Below are positions 18,696-28,043 of a stretch of 64,000 bases of DNA, in pieces. How positions within the stretch are numbered: position 1 is the stretch's first letter; each line of letters opens with the position of its first letter. A program made the position numbers and the translations under genes. The stretch comes from an uncultured Pelagibacteraceae bacterium (GTDB lineage: Bacteria; Pseudomonadota; Alphaproteobacteria; Pelagibacterales; Pelagibacteraceae): NCBI GenBank assembly GCA_902588925.1, contig CACIRB010000001.1:20218-84217 (forward strand), in the 5' to 3' direction. The notes beneath the pieces were generated by a model. It did no database searches. It saw only the letters and a list, made by a program, of their open reading frames with translations, and was not told where the DNA came from.

Positions 18696-20509
18696 TGATT
18701 AAAGGTAATTTTATAGATAACTTGCCTAAAGTTTATGGAATCTACACTGGTGGATTTATTGGTTTCATAATCTTAATGGCAATTGGTGAGCAGATGGGTA
18801 TGTCTGCAAAAGCAATTGGTATTTGCTTTGTAGGTTTTACCATTTTCATCTACGCACTAATTGGCTGGCTATCTCGAACAGCTCAAGCAAGTAACTATTA
18901 CGTAGCTGGAAGAACGGTTCCAACTGTGTTCAACGGAATGGCAACAGCAGCCGACTGGATGTCTGGTGCTTCATTCGTTGCAATGGCGGGTGGTATTTAC
19001 TTCAAAGGTTATGGATATATGGCTTTGCTTGTAGGTTGGACAGGTGGTTATGTGTTAGTTGCAACTTTATTAGCACCATACTTAAGAAAATTTGGCTGTT
19101 ACACAGTTCCAGATTTCGTGGGTACAAGATACGGTGGTAATACTGCAAGATTGATGGCTGTAATAGTTTTAACTGTTGCATCATTCACTTACGTGACTGC
19201 ACAAATTAACGCTACAGGTACTATTGCAGCTGTTGCTTTAGATATCCCATTCCAATACGCAGTATATGTTGGACTAGTAAGTATTTTACTATGTTCAATG
19301 CTTGGTGGTATGAGAGGGGTAACTTGGACACAGGTTGCACAATACATTGTACTAATTATAGCTTACCTACTTCCAGTATTCTGGATCAGTAACAACATAG
19401 GTGCAGGTTTCTTCCCTCACTTCATGTTAGCTGATGAAGTTGCTAGAATCGGTGAGTTAGAACAACAGTTTGGTTTTGTTAAAAACTCTGCTGCTGATTT
19501 AGCTACAGTGCCTAAAGGGTTAGCTGGTATTACTAAGGCTCACTCTGAAGTAAACGCAACACCTTGGGCTTTCATCTCATTAGCACTAGCAATGATGATG
19601 GGAACCGCTTCATTACCACACGTAATGATGAGGTTCTTTACTACTCCAAGTGTAAAAGCAGCTAGAAAATCAGTAGGTTGGTCAGTATTCTTTATCTTCC
19701 TACTTTATTCTTCTGCACCAATGTTAGCGACACTATCTAAACTTGCTTTGATTGATCCAAACTTACCAACAGGTATTATTGGTAAATCAATTGCAGAAGT
19801 TCAAGCAATCGATTGGTATCAAAACTGGAACCAAGCAAATCTGATGTTTGTAAGCGACTTTAACGGAAATGGAACTGTTGAATTAAACGAGTTCTTCATG
19901 GGAGGTAAAGCCGTAGTATTAGCAACACCAGAAATTGCAGGATTACCTTATGTAATCTCAGGTCTAGTTGCTGCTGGAGGTTTGGCAGCCGCGATGTCAA
20001 CTGCAGATGGTTTGATTCTTGCAATCGCAAATGCGATCTCGCATGACGTTTACTACAAAATGGTAGACCCTAAAGCAGAGACAGCTAAGAGACTAGTTGT
20101 TGCAAGGGTATTACTTGTAGTGATTGGTTTTGCAGGAGCAACTATTGCAGCAATGGAGATCCAAGGTATTTTAGGTTCAGTTATCTGGGCTTTTGACTTT
20201 GCGATGTCTGGATTGTTCTGGCCACTTGTACTTGGTGTGTGGTGGAAGAGAGCTAATAAAGAAGGTGCTATAGCTGGTATGGTCTTAGGATTAGTTTCTG
20301 GATTTGCGTATCTAGTTTGGGTACGAAGTGGTGGAAGCGGATTCTTAGGTATTACTCAGTTAACATTTGGTATCTTCGGATCTACTGTTAGCTTAGTAGC
20401 TATGGTTGTTGTAAGTTTAATGACTTCAGAACCTAGCGCTGCAACACAAAAAATGGTTGATGATTCTAGGGTACCTGCGGGTGCATCTGTAATCGGCGGC
20501 CAAAAATAA
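18695..20509 (+). CDS. Sodium:solute symporter, ActP/VC_2705-like (probable monocarboxylate uptake)
   Basis: YYVAGR, NGMATAADWMSGASF, GTASLPHVMMRF, AAAMSTADG; near acs. Confidence 0.92.
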   Translation: MIKGNFIDNLPKVYGIYTGGFIGFIILMAIGEQMGMSAKAIGICFVGFTIFIYALIGWLSRTAQASNYYVAGRTVPTVFNGMATAADWMSGASFVAMAGGIYFKGYGYMALLVGWTGGYVLVATLLAPYLRKFGCYTVPDFVGTRYGGNTARLMAVIVLTVASFTYVTAQINATGTIAAVALDIPFQYAVYVGLVSILLCSMLGGMRGVTWTQVAQYIVLIIAYLLPVFWISNNIGAGFFPHFMLADEVARIGELEQQFGFVKNSAADLATVPKGLAGITKAHSEVNATPWAFISLALAMMMGTASLPHVMMRFFTTPSVKAARKSVGWSVFFIFLLYSSAPMLATLSKLALIDPNLPTGIIGKSIAEVQAIDWYQNWNQANLMFVSDFNGNGTVELNEFFMGGKAVVLATPEIAGLPYVISGLVAAGGLAAAMSTADGLILAIANAISHDVYYKMVDPKAETAKRLVVARVLLVVIGFAGATIAAMEIQGILGSVIWAFDFAMSGLFWPLVLGVWWKRANKEGAIAGMVLGLVSGFAYLVWVRSGGSGFLGITQLTFGIFGSTVSLVAMVVVSLMTSEPSAATQKMVDDSRVPAGASVIGGQK

Positions 20510-20520
20510 ATAATCTTTTT

Positions 20521-20550
20521 AAGGGGCGATTAATTTCGCCCCTTTTATTT
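20521..20550 (+). terminator. Intrinsic terminator
   Basis: Stem AAGGGGCGA/TCGCCCCTT with 6-nt loop, followed by a T-rich tail. Confidence 0.9.
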
Positions 20551-20578
20551 CTTTTTAAGATCAAATATAAATTCCTTA

Positions 20579-20935
20579 ATGTCTGCCAACTTTCATCCAT
20601 TAGTCTATATAATTGACTACATTCTTGGAATTATAATGTGGACTTTAGTTGGGAGAGTAGCAATGAACATCTTTCAAAGAGAAGATTCAAATTTTTTCTT
20701 TATGAAAGCTTTTGTAAAATTTACCAATCCTCTATTAAGAATTTTTAGACCTGTTACTCCTTCTTTCATAATTCAACCATTGGTACCACTTTATGTGGCT
20801 TGGTTCTTTTTCATGATTAGATTTTATTTGATGCCTTGGATTTTAGGATATTCAGTAATGGGTATGTTGTCATTTCCTCTTGAAAGTGAAATTTCTAGGC
20901 AGATTTATCAATTTTTTAATTCAATTAAATTTTAA
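20579..20935 (+). CDS. YggT-like membrane protein
   Basis: DYILGIIMWT, FTNPLLRIFRPVTP resemble a YggT repeat. Confidence 0.6.
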   Translation: MSANFHPLVYIIDYILGIIMWTLVGRVAMNIFQREDSNFFFMKAFVKFTNPLLRIFRPVTPSFIIQPLVPLYVAWFFFMIRFYLMPWILGYSVMGMLSFPLESEISRQIYQFFNSIKF

Positions 20936-20963
20936 AAATTGGTACTAGTAAGACTAGATATCA

Positions 20964-21623
20964 ATGAAAAATATACAAATATCTCCGTCTATTTTATCGG
21001 CTGATTTTAGCCAATTGGGTAAAGAAATTAAAAGACTTGAAGAAGGTGGGGCTGATATGATTCACGTAGATGTAATGGATGGCCACTTTGTTCCAAACTT
21101 AACAATAGGTCCTCCAGTAATTAAAGCTCTTAGAAAACATTGCTCATTAAAATTTGATGTTCATTTAATGATTTCTCCTGTGCATAAATACATAGAAGCT
21201 TATGCTGATGCGGGAGCAGATATAATTACTGTACATCCTGAGGCAACTGATAATTTAGAAGACTCAATAAATAAAATAAAAGATCTAAAAAAAAAGGTAG
21301 GGGTTTCCCTTAATCCTGAAACAAGTATAGATTTAATTAAAAACCTATTAAATAAAATTGATTTAGTTTTAATAATGAGTGTAAATCCTGGATTTGGTGG
21401 ACAAAAATTCATGCCTGAAGTTTTAGAAAAAATTAAAGAATTAAAAAAAATTAGAGAAATAGAAAAACTTAACTTTGATATTGAAATAGATGGCGGGATA
21501 AATTTTGATAATTGCAAAATAGCAATTGCAGCTGGTGCTAATATTCTTGTATCTGGTACAACAGTTTTTAAAAGCAATGATGGAGATATTAAAAAGAATA
21601 TTAATTTATTAAAAACAAAATAA
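20964..21623 (+). CDS. rpe: Ribulose-phosphate 3-epimerase
   Basis: SPSILSADF, HVDVMDGHFVPN, MSVNPGFGGQ, IDGG. Confidence 0.97.
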   Translation: MKNIQISPSILSADFSQLGKEIKRLEEGGADMIHVDVMDGHFVPNLTIGPPVIKALRKHCSLKFDVHLMISPVHKYIEAYADAGADIITVHPEATDNLEDSINKIKDLKKKVGVSLNPETSIDLIKNLLNKIDLVLIMSVNPGFGGQKFMPEVLEKIKELKKIREIEKLNFDIEIDGGINFDNCKIAIAAGANILVSGTTVFKSNDGDIKKNINLLKTK

Positions 21624-21627
21624 GTTA

Positions 21628-23253
21628 ATGCAATCTCAAAATTCTTTAAATCTTTCTAATGGATTTTTTTTTAGATTAAAATCTTCATTCAAAAAACTAT
21701 ATAAAAATTCAAATTTTTATGAAAAGCGAATTTCAAAAACCTTTGATAACAATTTTGAATATAAACCAAGTCCTCATCTTTTATCTTCAATTATAAGATA
21801 TCAGAAAAAAAAATATAAAATTGAAGATTTTGCAACAGAAGCTATATGGGAAAACAATATTTCTTCTAAGGACTTTAAAAAACTTAACAATTTTTTTTGG
21901 TTTTTTAGTTTGGATTTAAAATCATCTAAAGAAACCACACAATCAATTATTCTCAATTGGATTAATAAGAATGAAAAATTTGATGAGAATATCTGGGAAT
22001 TCAATATTACCGCAAAAAGAATTATTGCTTGGCTTTCCAATCATCAGCTAACTTATGAGGATAGTAATGAGGAATATAGATTATTTTTTAATCATATGCT
22101 TCAGAAACAAACTAACCACTTGTTGAATGAGATCAAAAATTTAAGTGAAATAGAAGAAAAACTAATTGGCTGTGCTGCAATTATTTTAACAGGTTTAGCG
22201 TATAAAGATGAAAAAAATTATTTAGACAGCGGTTTAAATATATTAAAAAATATAATTAAACAGTCACTTGATAAACAAGGATTTCCTAGGTCAAGAAGCA
22301 TACAAAACTTAGTTTTTTATCTTAAATATCTCATAATTATTAGAGAGTGGTTTAAAGAATCTCAAAATCCAATTCCAGAATATGTTGATGAAACTATATA
22401 TTATTTAGGATCCAGTTATGCTTTTATATGGCAAAACATAAAGCAAGATGTTTTTTTTAATGGAAATTATTCATCTAATAATCATGAATTCGACCAATAT
22501 TTAAAACGATTTGGATATACTTTTAAAAATCAAATCAATGAACTAGCAGGATATGTAATACTACAAAATAAAAAATTTATTCTAGCAGCAGATATTGGGT
22601 CAAATCCAGATAAAATATATACGAAAGATTATCAAGCAGGTGCCTTATCTTTTGAAATTTTTTCTAATAATAAAAAATTAATTTCGAATTCTGGGTACTA
22701 TTCAGATACAAAAAACAGACTTAATAAATTATCTAAAAGTACTGCTTTACAAAATACACTTTCAATTGAAGATTTCTCTTCAAGTGATTTTATTAAATCT
22801 AGTAATAATTTTTTGATACAAAATGATCTAAAAATTGAAAATAAAAATATAGTTTTCGAGAAAAATTATTGGAAAATTTCAGCTAGTCATAATGGTTACT
22901 TCAAAAAGTTTAAATTAGATCATCATAGAGAATTAGAATTCTATCCTGAACAATTTAAATTTATTGGTCATGATAAAATAGTAAGAAAAGATCCTGATAA
23001 GCAAATTAAATTTGATATTAGGTTTCACCTTCATCCTGACTCTAGAGTTATGAAAACACAAAATAGTAAGTTTATATTAATACAATTAGAAGATGAAGGT
23101 TGGCAATTTAGTTGTGATAACTATGATATAAATATTGATAATGGTTTATATTTCGGTAATAAAAATTCATATCAAGAAAACCAAAATATATTTATTTCAG
23201 GCATGAATAATGAAAGTGAGCAAATAATCAGATGGGAAATAATTAAAATATAA
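21628..23253 (+). CDS. Heparinase II/III-family protein
   Basis: AGALSFE, ASHNGY, FDIRFHLHP; usual alphaproteobacterial position next to purH. Confidence 0.75.
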   Translation: MQSQNSLNLSNGFFFRLKSSFKKLYKNSNFYEKRISKTFDNNFEYKPSPHLLSSIIRYQKKKYKIEDFATEAIWENNISSKDFKKLNNFFWFFSLDLKSSKETTQSIILNWINKNEKFDENIWEFNITAKRIIAWLSNHQLTYEDSNEEYRLFFNHMLQKQTNHLLNEIKNLSEIEEKLIGCAAIILTGLAYKDEKNYLDSGLNILKNIIKQSLDKQGFPRSRSIQNLVFYLKYLIIIREWFKESQNPIPEYVDETIYYLGSSYAFIWQNIKQDVFFNGNYSSNNHEFDQYLKRFGYTFKNQINELAGYVILQNKKFILAADIGSNPDKIYTKDYQAGALSFEIFSNNKKLISNSGYYSDTKNRLNKLSKSTALQNTLSIEDFSSSDFIKSSNNFLIQNDLKIENKNIVFEKNYWKISASHNGYFKKFKLDHHRELEFYPEQFKFIGHDKIVRKDPDKQIKFDIRFHLHPDSRVMKTQNSKFILIQLEDEGWQFSCDNYDINIDNGLYFGNKNSYQENQNIFISGMNNESEQIIRWEIIKI

Positions 23254-24788
23254 TGAAAAAAATAAAGACAGCTCTTATTTCTGTATCGGATAAAAAAAAT
23301 TTAAAACCAATTTTAGAAATTTTAAAAAAATATCACATTAAAATAATTAGTTCTGGTGGAACATATAAAGAAATTAAAAAATTAAAATTTAATTGTTTAG
23401 AGGTGTCTGATTTTACAGACTCTCCTGAAATTTTAGAGGGAAGAGTTAAAACCTTACATCCAAAAATACATGCAGGAATCCTAAATAAAAGAAATAATAA
23501 AACACATTTAAATGACTTAAAGAAAAATAATTTTGAAAATATTGATCTAGTAATTGTAAATTTTTATCCATTTGAAAAAACTTTAGAAAGTACAAATAAT
23601 CACAAAAAAATAATTGAAAATATAGATGTGGGAGGCCCCACAATGGTTAGGTCTGCTGCTAAAAATTATAATGATGTAACAGTTGTTACTTCTATAGATC
23701 AATATCAAGAGTTAATAGATGAGATGAATAAAAATAATGGAACTACATCGTTAAAATTCAGAGAAAAACTATCTAGAACAGCTTTTACAGAAACTGCTTA
23801 CTATGACTCAGTAATTTCAAACTATTTTAATAAAAAAACAGACACACAATTACCTGATAAAAAAGTTTTTTTTGCAAATTTAATTGAAAAACTTAGGTAT
23901 GGAGAAAACCCACATCAATTTAGTGGATATTATTCAAAAAATTTAAAAACTAATTTAAAACAAATTCAAGGAAAACAACTAAGCTACAATAATTATAACG
24001 ATATTTTTGCAGCATTAACAATCTCAAAATCTTTACCAAAAAACAGAGGTACTGTAATCGTAAAACATGCAAACCCATGTGGTGTTTCAATTAAATCAAA
24101 TCCTGTAGATAGTTATAATTCTGCATTAGCATGTGACCCTGTGAGTGCTTTTGGAGGAATTGTTTCATGTAACTTTAAAATAACGAAACATCTTGCGATT
24201 GAGTTAAATAAACTATTTTTAGAAGTAATTATTGCTAATGGTTTTGATAATAATGCCCTAAAAATATTTAAAAATAAAAAAAATTTGCGTGTAATTGATG
24301 CAACAAATTATTCACTTAGTGAAATTATAAAATTCACTTCCGCAAATGAAGCAATTTTAGTTCAATCTGAAGACCTAAAAATATTTAAAAATAAAGATTT
24401 TAAAGTTGTGTCTAAAAGAAAACCAAATTCTAAGCAGCTAAGAAATCTAATTTTTGCATTCAATGTTTGTAGATATGTAAAATCAAATGCAATTGTTCTT
24501 GCAAAAGATGATGCAATTGTTGGTATTGGATCAGGTCAACCAAGTAGATTGGATAGCTGTGAAATAGCAATTAATAAAATGAGAAAATTTAATTTATTTG
24601 GAAATAATTTGGTTGCAGCATCAGACGCTTTCTTTCCTTTTGTAGATGGGATAGAAAAATTAGTTCAATCAGGAGTTCAAGCTGTAATTCAACCTTCGGG
24701 ATCAATTAGAGACAAAGATATAATTAAATTTGCTAATGAAACAGATACTATTCTAGTCTTTTCAAAGACAAGACATTTTAAACATTAG
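23253..24788 (+). CDS. purH: AICAR transformylase / IMP cyclohydrolase
   Basis: ALISVSDK, GRVKTLHP, YGENPHQ, KHANPCG, SDAFFPF. Confidence 0.97.
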   Translation: MKKIKTALISVSDKKNLKPILEILKKYHIKIISSGGTYKEIKKLKFNCLEVSDFTDSPEILEGRVKTLHPKIHAGILNKRNNKTHLNDLKKNNFENIDLVIVNFYPFEKTLESTNNHKKIIENIDVGGPTMVRSAAKNYNDVTVVTSIDQYQELIDEMNKNNGTTSLKFREKLSRTAFTETAYYDSVISNYFNKKTDTQLPDKKVFFANLIEKLRYGENPHQFSGYYSKNLKTNLKQIQGKQLSYNNYNDIFAALTISKSLPKNRGTVIVKHANPCGVSIKSNPVDSYNSALACDPVSAFGGIVSCNFKITKHLAIELNKLFLEVIIANGFDNNALKIFKNKKNLRVIDATNYSLSEIIKFTSANEAILVQSEDLKIFKNKDFKVVSKRKPNSKQLRNLIFAFNVCRYVKSNAIVLAKDDAIVGIGSGQPSRLDSCEIAINKMRKFNLFGNNLVAASDAFFPFVDGIEKLVQSGVQAVIQPSGSIRDKDIIKFANETDTILVFSKTRHFKH

Positions 24789-25125
24789 TAATTTTATCTA
24801 TTTTAGCAGCTAAAATAAAATCATTTTCAGAAAGACCTTTAATGGCATGAGTGGTAATTTTAATCTCTGCATAACCCCAGCCAAAATTTATATCTGGATG
24901 ATGACCTTCTTCTTCAGAAATTTTACCGACTTCATTTACAAAATTTTGACTTTTTATAAAATTTTCAAATTTAAATTTTTTATGTAGAAAGAATATTTTA
25001 TTCTCATCTTCCGTAATATCCCAACCATCAACTTTCTTTTGATATTTATGAATTTCAGATATATCAAAAGGTATAACCCCACCTTCACAAGGTAAACATT
25101 TTTTATTTAAAAGATCTTCGCTCAT
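24778..25125 (-). CDS. phhB: Pterin-4a-carbinolamine dehydratase
   Basis: CLPCEGG, GHHPDI, THAIKGLSENDFILAAKID. Confidence 0.9.
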   Translation of the reverse strand: MSEDLLNKKCLPCEGGVIPFDISEIHKYQKKVDGWDITEDENKIFFLHKKFKFENFIKSQNFVNEVGKISEEEGHHPDINFGWGYAEIKITTHAIKGLSENDFILAAKIDKITNV

Positions 25126-25132
25126 AAAAATT

Positions 25133-25207
25133 TGGAGCGGGCAAAGGGGGTCGAACCCTCGACCTTCTCGTTGGCAACGAGACGCTCTACCACTGAGCTA
25201 TGCCCGC
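25133..25207 (-). tRNA. tRNA-Gly (GCC)
   Basis: Reverse complement GCGGGCATAGCTCAGTGGTAGAGCGTCTCGTTGCCAACGAGAAGGTCGAGGGTTCGACCCCCTTTGCCCGCTCCA; full cloverleaf, encoded CCA. Confidence 0.97.
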
Positions 25208-25362
25208 ATGTTAATTTATTATTAAAAATAGAAGGTTTTTGATTTTTTAGCAAGAGTCTATTTAAATAAAATTCTTAGCCAACTGTGACCTACATAGGAT
25301 TGAAATTATACTTATTAAACACTATGACAAAGACTTGGCAGCTCTAAATCATAAAAAAATTA

Positions 25363-26217
25363 TTAATAATTTAATTCATTTAAATCTTTTTCAAAAACCA
25401 ATTCAATTTTTTTTCTAATTTTTTCATCCAAAATTTTTTTCCAATCATTCTTAGGGCCTAAGTTGAAAAAAGGTATTTTCTCCTGTCTATCCTCTCGTTT
25501 AGAGACAGCTTCATAAAAACCATGTTTTGCCTCATTCTTTTTAAGCTCATCAAAGGTTGTAGATCTCAAAGTTCTTTTAATTTTTTCTTTGTTTAGACTT
25601 TTTTTATTACGTGTAATTTTATATATAAATCTTAAAACATCAGAAAATGTTGCATATGTAGAATTTAACAAATCCTCATACTTTATAATTTTAATTGGAA
25701 TTTTTTTTTGAACTTTCCAAGATTTATAATTTGTACTCCAAGAACTTATAACTTGAAAATCACTAAACCCATCTCTTTCAAATTCTAAAATATTATATAT
25801 AAATTTTTTTTCTTGAGTTATCCAATCAAAAGCTTGCTTATCATCTAATTGATAGTGATTTTTAAGAGATGTAATTACATTTCTTGGATCTCTCACAACA
25901 TAAACACACCCCAGAGAATTTTGTGGATTTGTAAAATCAAAATTATTTATTTTTCCAAAAATATTGTGGGTTTTAAAAAATCTAACTTTAGAGTCGGAAT
26001 TTATTTTTTCTTGAGCTTTAATCCAATATTTACAAGTATCGCCAGCAATGTTTTTATCGTGGTTAAATCCCTCAAAATAGTTACCTGTGGGGAATTGATC
26101 AATATTTTTTAATAAATTTTGATTATAAATACCATCCTTAGAAAAAATATAAGTACTTATTAAAGCTCTTAACCAAGTATTTCCACTTTTTGGATAAGAT
26201 GCAATCCATATAATCAT
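25363..26217 (-). CDS. Sulfotransferase-family protein (paralog 1)
   Basis: SYPKSGNTW, FKTH, VRDPRNVITS, KYEDL; start set to MIIW to match the paralogs. Confidence 0.88.
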   Translation of the reverse strand: MIIWIASYPKSGNTWLRALISTYIFSKDGIYNQNLLKNIDQFPTGNYFEGFNHDKNIAGDTCKYWIKAQEKINSDSKVRFFKTHNIFGKINNFDFTNPQNSLGCVYVVRDPRNVITSLKNHYQLDDKQAFDWITQEKKFIYNILEFERDGFSDFQVISSWSTNYKSWKVQKKIPIKIIKYEDLLNSTYATFSDVLRFIYKITRNKKSLNKEKIKRTLRSTTFDELKKNEAKHGFYEAVSKREDRQEKIPFFNLGPKNDWKKILDEKIRKKIELVFEKDLNELNY

Positions 26218-26265
26218 ATAATTATATATATAGAACAATAATTTAATTTTTGTTAATAATAATAT

Positions 26266-26904
26266 ATGAAAAATCTTCCTTCCAAATTACCTATATTTCC
26301 ATTAAGTAATTTTATAATATTTCCAAAAACTACCGTTCCACTAAATATATTCGAACCAAGGTATATTGACATGGTTGATGATAGTATGAAGTCGAACAAA
26401 TTAATTGGAATGATACAACCTAAAAATTCAAATATTAAATATGATGTTCCTAAATTATATCAAGTTGGGTGTGTCGGAAAAATTACTAGTTTTAGAGAAA
26501 CAGAAGATGGCAGATATTTAATAGAATTAAAGGGGGTCACAAGATTTAAATCTATTAAAGAATTAGAGACTTTGACGAAATACAGGATTTTACAAGTAAA
26601 CTATGACGATTATATTGAAGATTTAGAGAATAAAAAAGAAGATCTTAAATTTTCAGATTTGGAATTAATTTTTAAAGATCTAAAATCTTTATTTGAAAAA
26701 AAAGGTTTTATCATTAACTGGAAAGCGCTGGAAAAACAAAGTTTAGATGAAACAATAAACGCCTTAGCTATGGCGTCACCCTTTTCTCTTGAAGAAAAAC
26801 AAGTTTTGTTAGAAGCTCAAAATTTAGATGTTAGAAAAAACAAAATTGCTGAGATATTAAAAACATATACTCACGACATCTATGAAAATAACACTATTCA
26901 ATAA
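26266..26904 (+). CDS. Lon protease substrate-binding-domain protein
   Basis: LPIFPL, PLNIFEPRY, DGRYLI, EKQVLLEA. Confidence 0.92.
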   Translation: MKNLPSKLPIFPLSNFIIFPKTTVPLNIFEPRYIDMVDDSMKSNKLIGMIQPKNSNIKYDVPKLYQVGCVGKITSFRETEDGRYLIELKGVTRFKSIKELETLTKYRILQVNYDDYIEDLENKKEDLKFSDLELIFKDLKSLFEKKGFIINWKALEKQSLDETINALAMASPFSLEEKQVLLEAQNLDVRKNKIAEILKTYTHDIYENNTIQ

Positions 26905-27981
26905 TCAATAATTCAAACCGGTATCTGCTATTTTTTTTAGCATATTATTTAAAGAATTTTTGTTACCAAAATATTTAATAGAATTAATTAAAAAATTGCT
27001 TTTTAAGTTTCCTTCATAATTGAAAAATTCGTAAATAAAATCAATTCCATTTGAAAAAATAAAGTTTGTATGTTTTGTATTTTTTTGAAATTCTTCATTT
27101 ACAGAACTATTTATTGGTAATCCAAGATCTATCCTGTTTTGGATTATCTCTAATAAAATTTTAATATCTCTGACAGTCATGTTAAAACCTTGACCAGCCA
27201 AAGGGTGTATTTTGTGAATTAATTCGCCAAATGCTAAAATATTTTTATGATAATAATTTCTTAAGTTTACAGATATCAATTCAAATGAAGAAATTTTTTT
27301 AATTTTTTTAATTTTATAATCTTGATTATGTAAGTTAATTAATTCAATTAAATTTTCTTTTTTAATTTTAGTAGTATTTTTTATTGAATAAACAATAGAG
27401 GTTTCTTTATCAGAAATAGGTAGAAATGCTAAAGGTCCAATCTTTGTAAAAACTTGTCTTGCAATTTTATTATCAATTTTTTCATGTTCTAGTATTAAAG
27501 TGTAAGCTAAGCTTTTATATTTTTTGATAATTTTTTTACTAAAAAATTTTTTTGTAATTAAGTTTGAAAAATTTAAATTAATTAAAAGATTATATTTTTT
27601 CTGAATATTTTCTGAATTTATAAGATTTTGTATTTTAAAAAATTTATTTTTTTTGAGACTTTTTTCTAAAATATTGTAAAGATCAAAACTTCTAACCATT
27701 GAAAAAAGTTCTTGATTATTATTTTGGAATTCCAACAATTTTTCATGATTTAGTTTATCAGAAAAAATTTCAATTTTATTTAATTTCCAGATTATTTTAT
27801 TAATATTAACTATATTTTTATTGAAATATTCAACATTACTTTTTGTAATACCTATAGTTCTAGATTGATCGATTACTTGTTTTTTTTTATCTATTAAAAT
27901 ATCTACATATATATTCTGATTAACTAAAGCTTTTGCTAAAGCTAAACTAGTTAGTCCACTTCCTATTATACAAATCCTCAT
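26905..27981 (-). CDS. UbiH/UbiL-family FAD-dependent hydroxylase
   Basis: IIGSGLTS, GPLAFLP, HKIHPLAGQGFNM; start moved to MRICIIG. Confidence 0.85.
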   Translation of the reverse strand: MRICIIGSGLTSLALAKALVNQNIYVDILIDKKKQVIDQSRTIGITKSNVEYFNKNIVNINKIIWKLNKIEIFSDKLNHEKLLEFQNNNQELFSMVRSFDLYNILEKSLKKNKFFKIQNLINSENIQKKYNLLINLNFSNLITKKFFSKKIIKKYKSLAYTLILEHEKIDNKIARQVFTKIGPLAFLPISDKETSIVYSIKNTTKIKKENLIELINLHNQDYKIKKIKKISSFELISVNLRNYYHKNILAFGELIHKIHPLAGQGFNMTVRDIKILLEIIQNRIDLGLPINSSVNEEFQKNTKHTNFIFSNGIDFIYEFFNYEGNLKSNFLINSIKYFGNKNSLNNMLKKIADTGLNY

Positions 27982-28043
27982 ATTATTTTTAATTTTAACA
28001 ACAAAAATTAGATGATACAAAGTGGTATAATTGATTTGTATAA

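Noticed and set aside
18435-20509. Higher-GC symporter genes (and the porin) as horizontally acquired DNA
   Set aside because: Better explained by Gly/Ala-rich proteins and high-expression codon use; no mobility signatures.
25133-25207. tRNA-Gly as an integration site or island border
   Set aside because: No integrase and no duplicated tRNA 3' end seen; phhB starts 7 bp from the CCA end.
25266-25420. Open plus-strand frame across the tRNA-sulfotransferase gap
   Set aside because: No convincing start codon after the upstream stop, and it runs antisense into the sulfotransferase.
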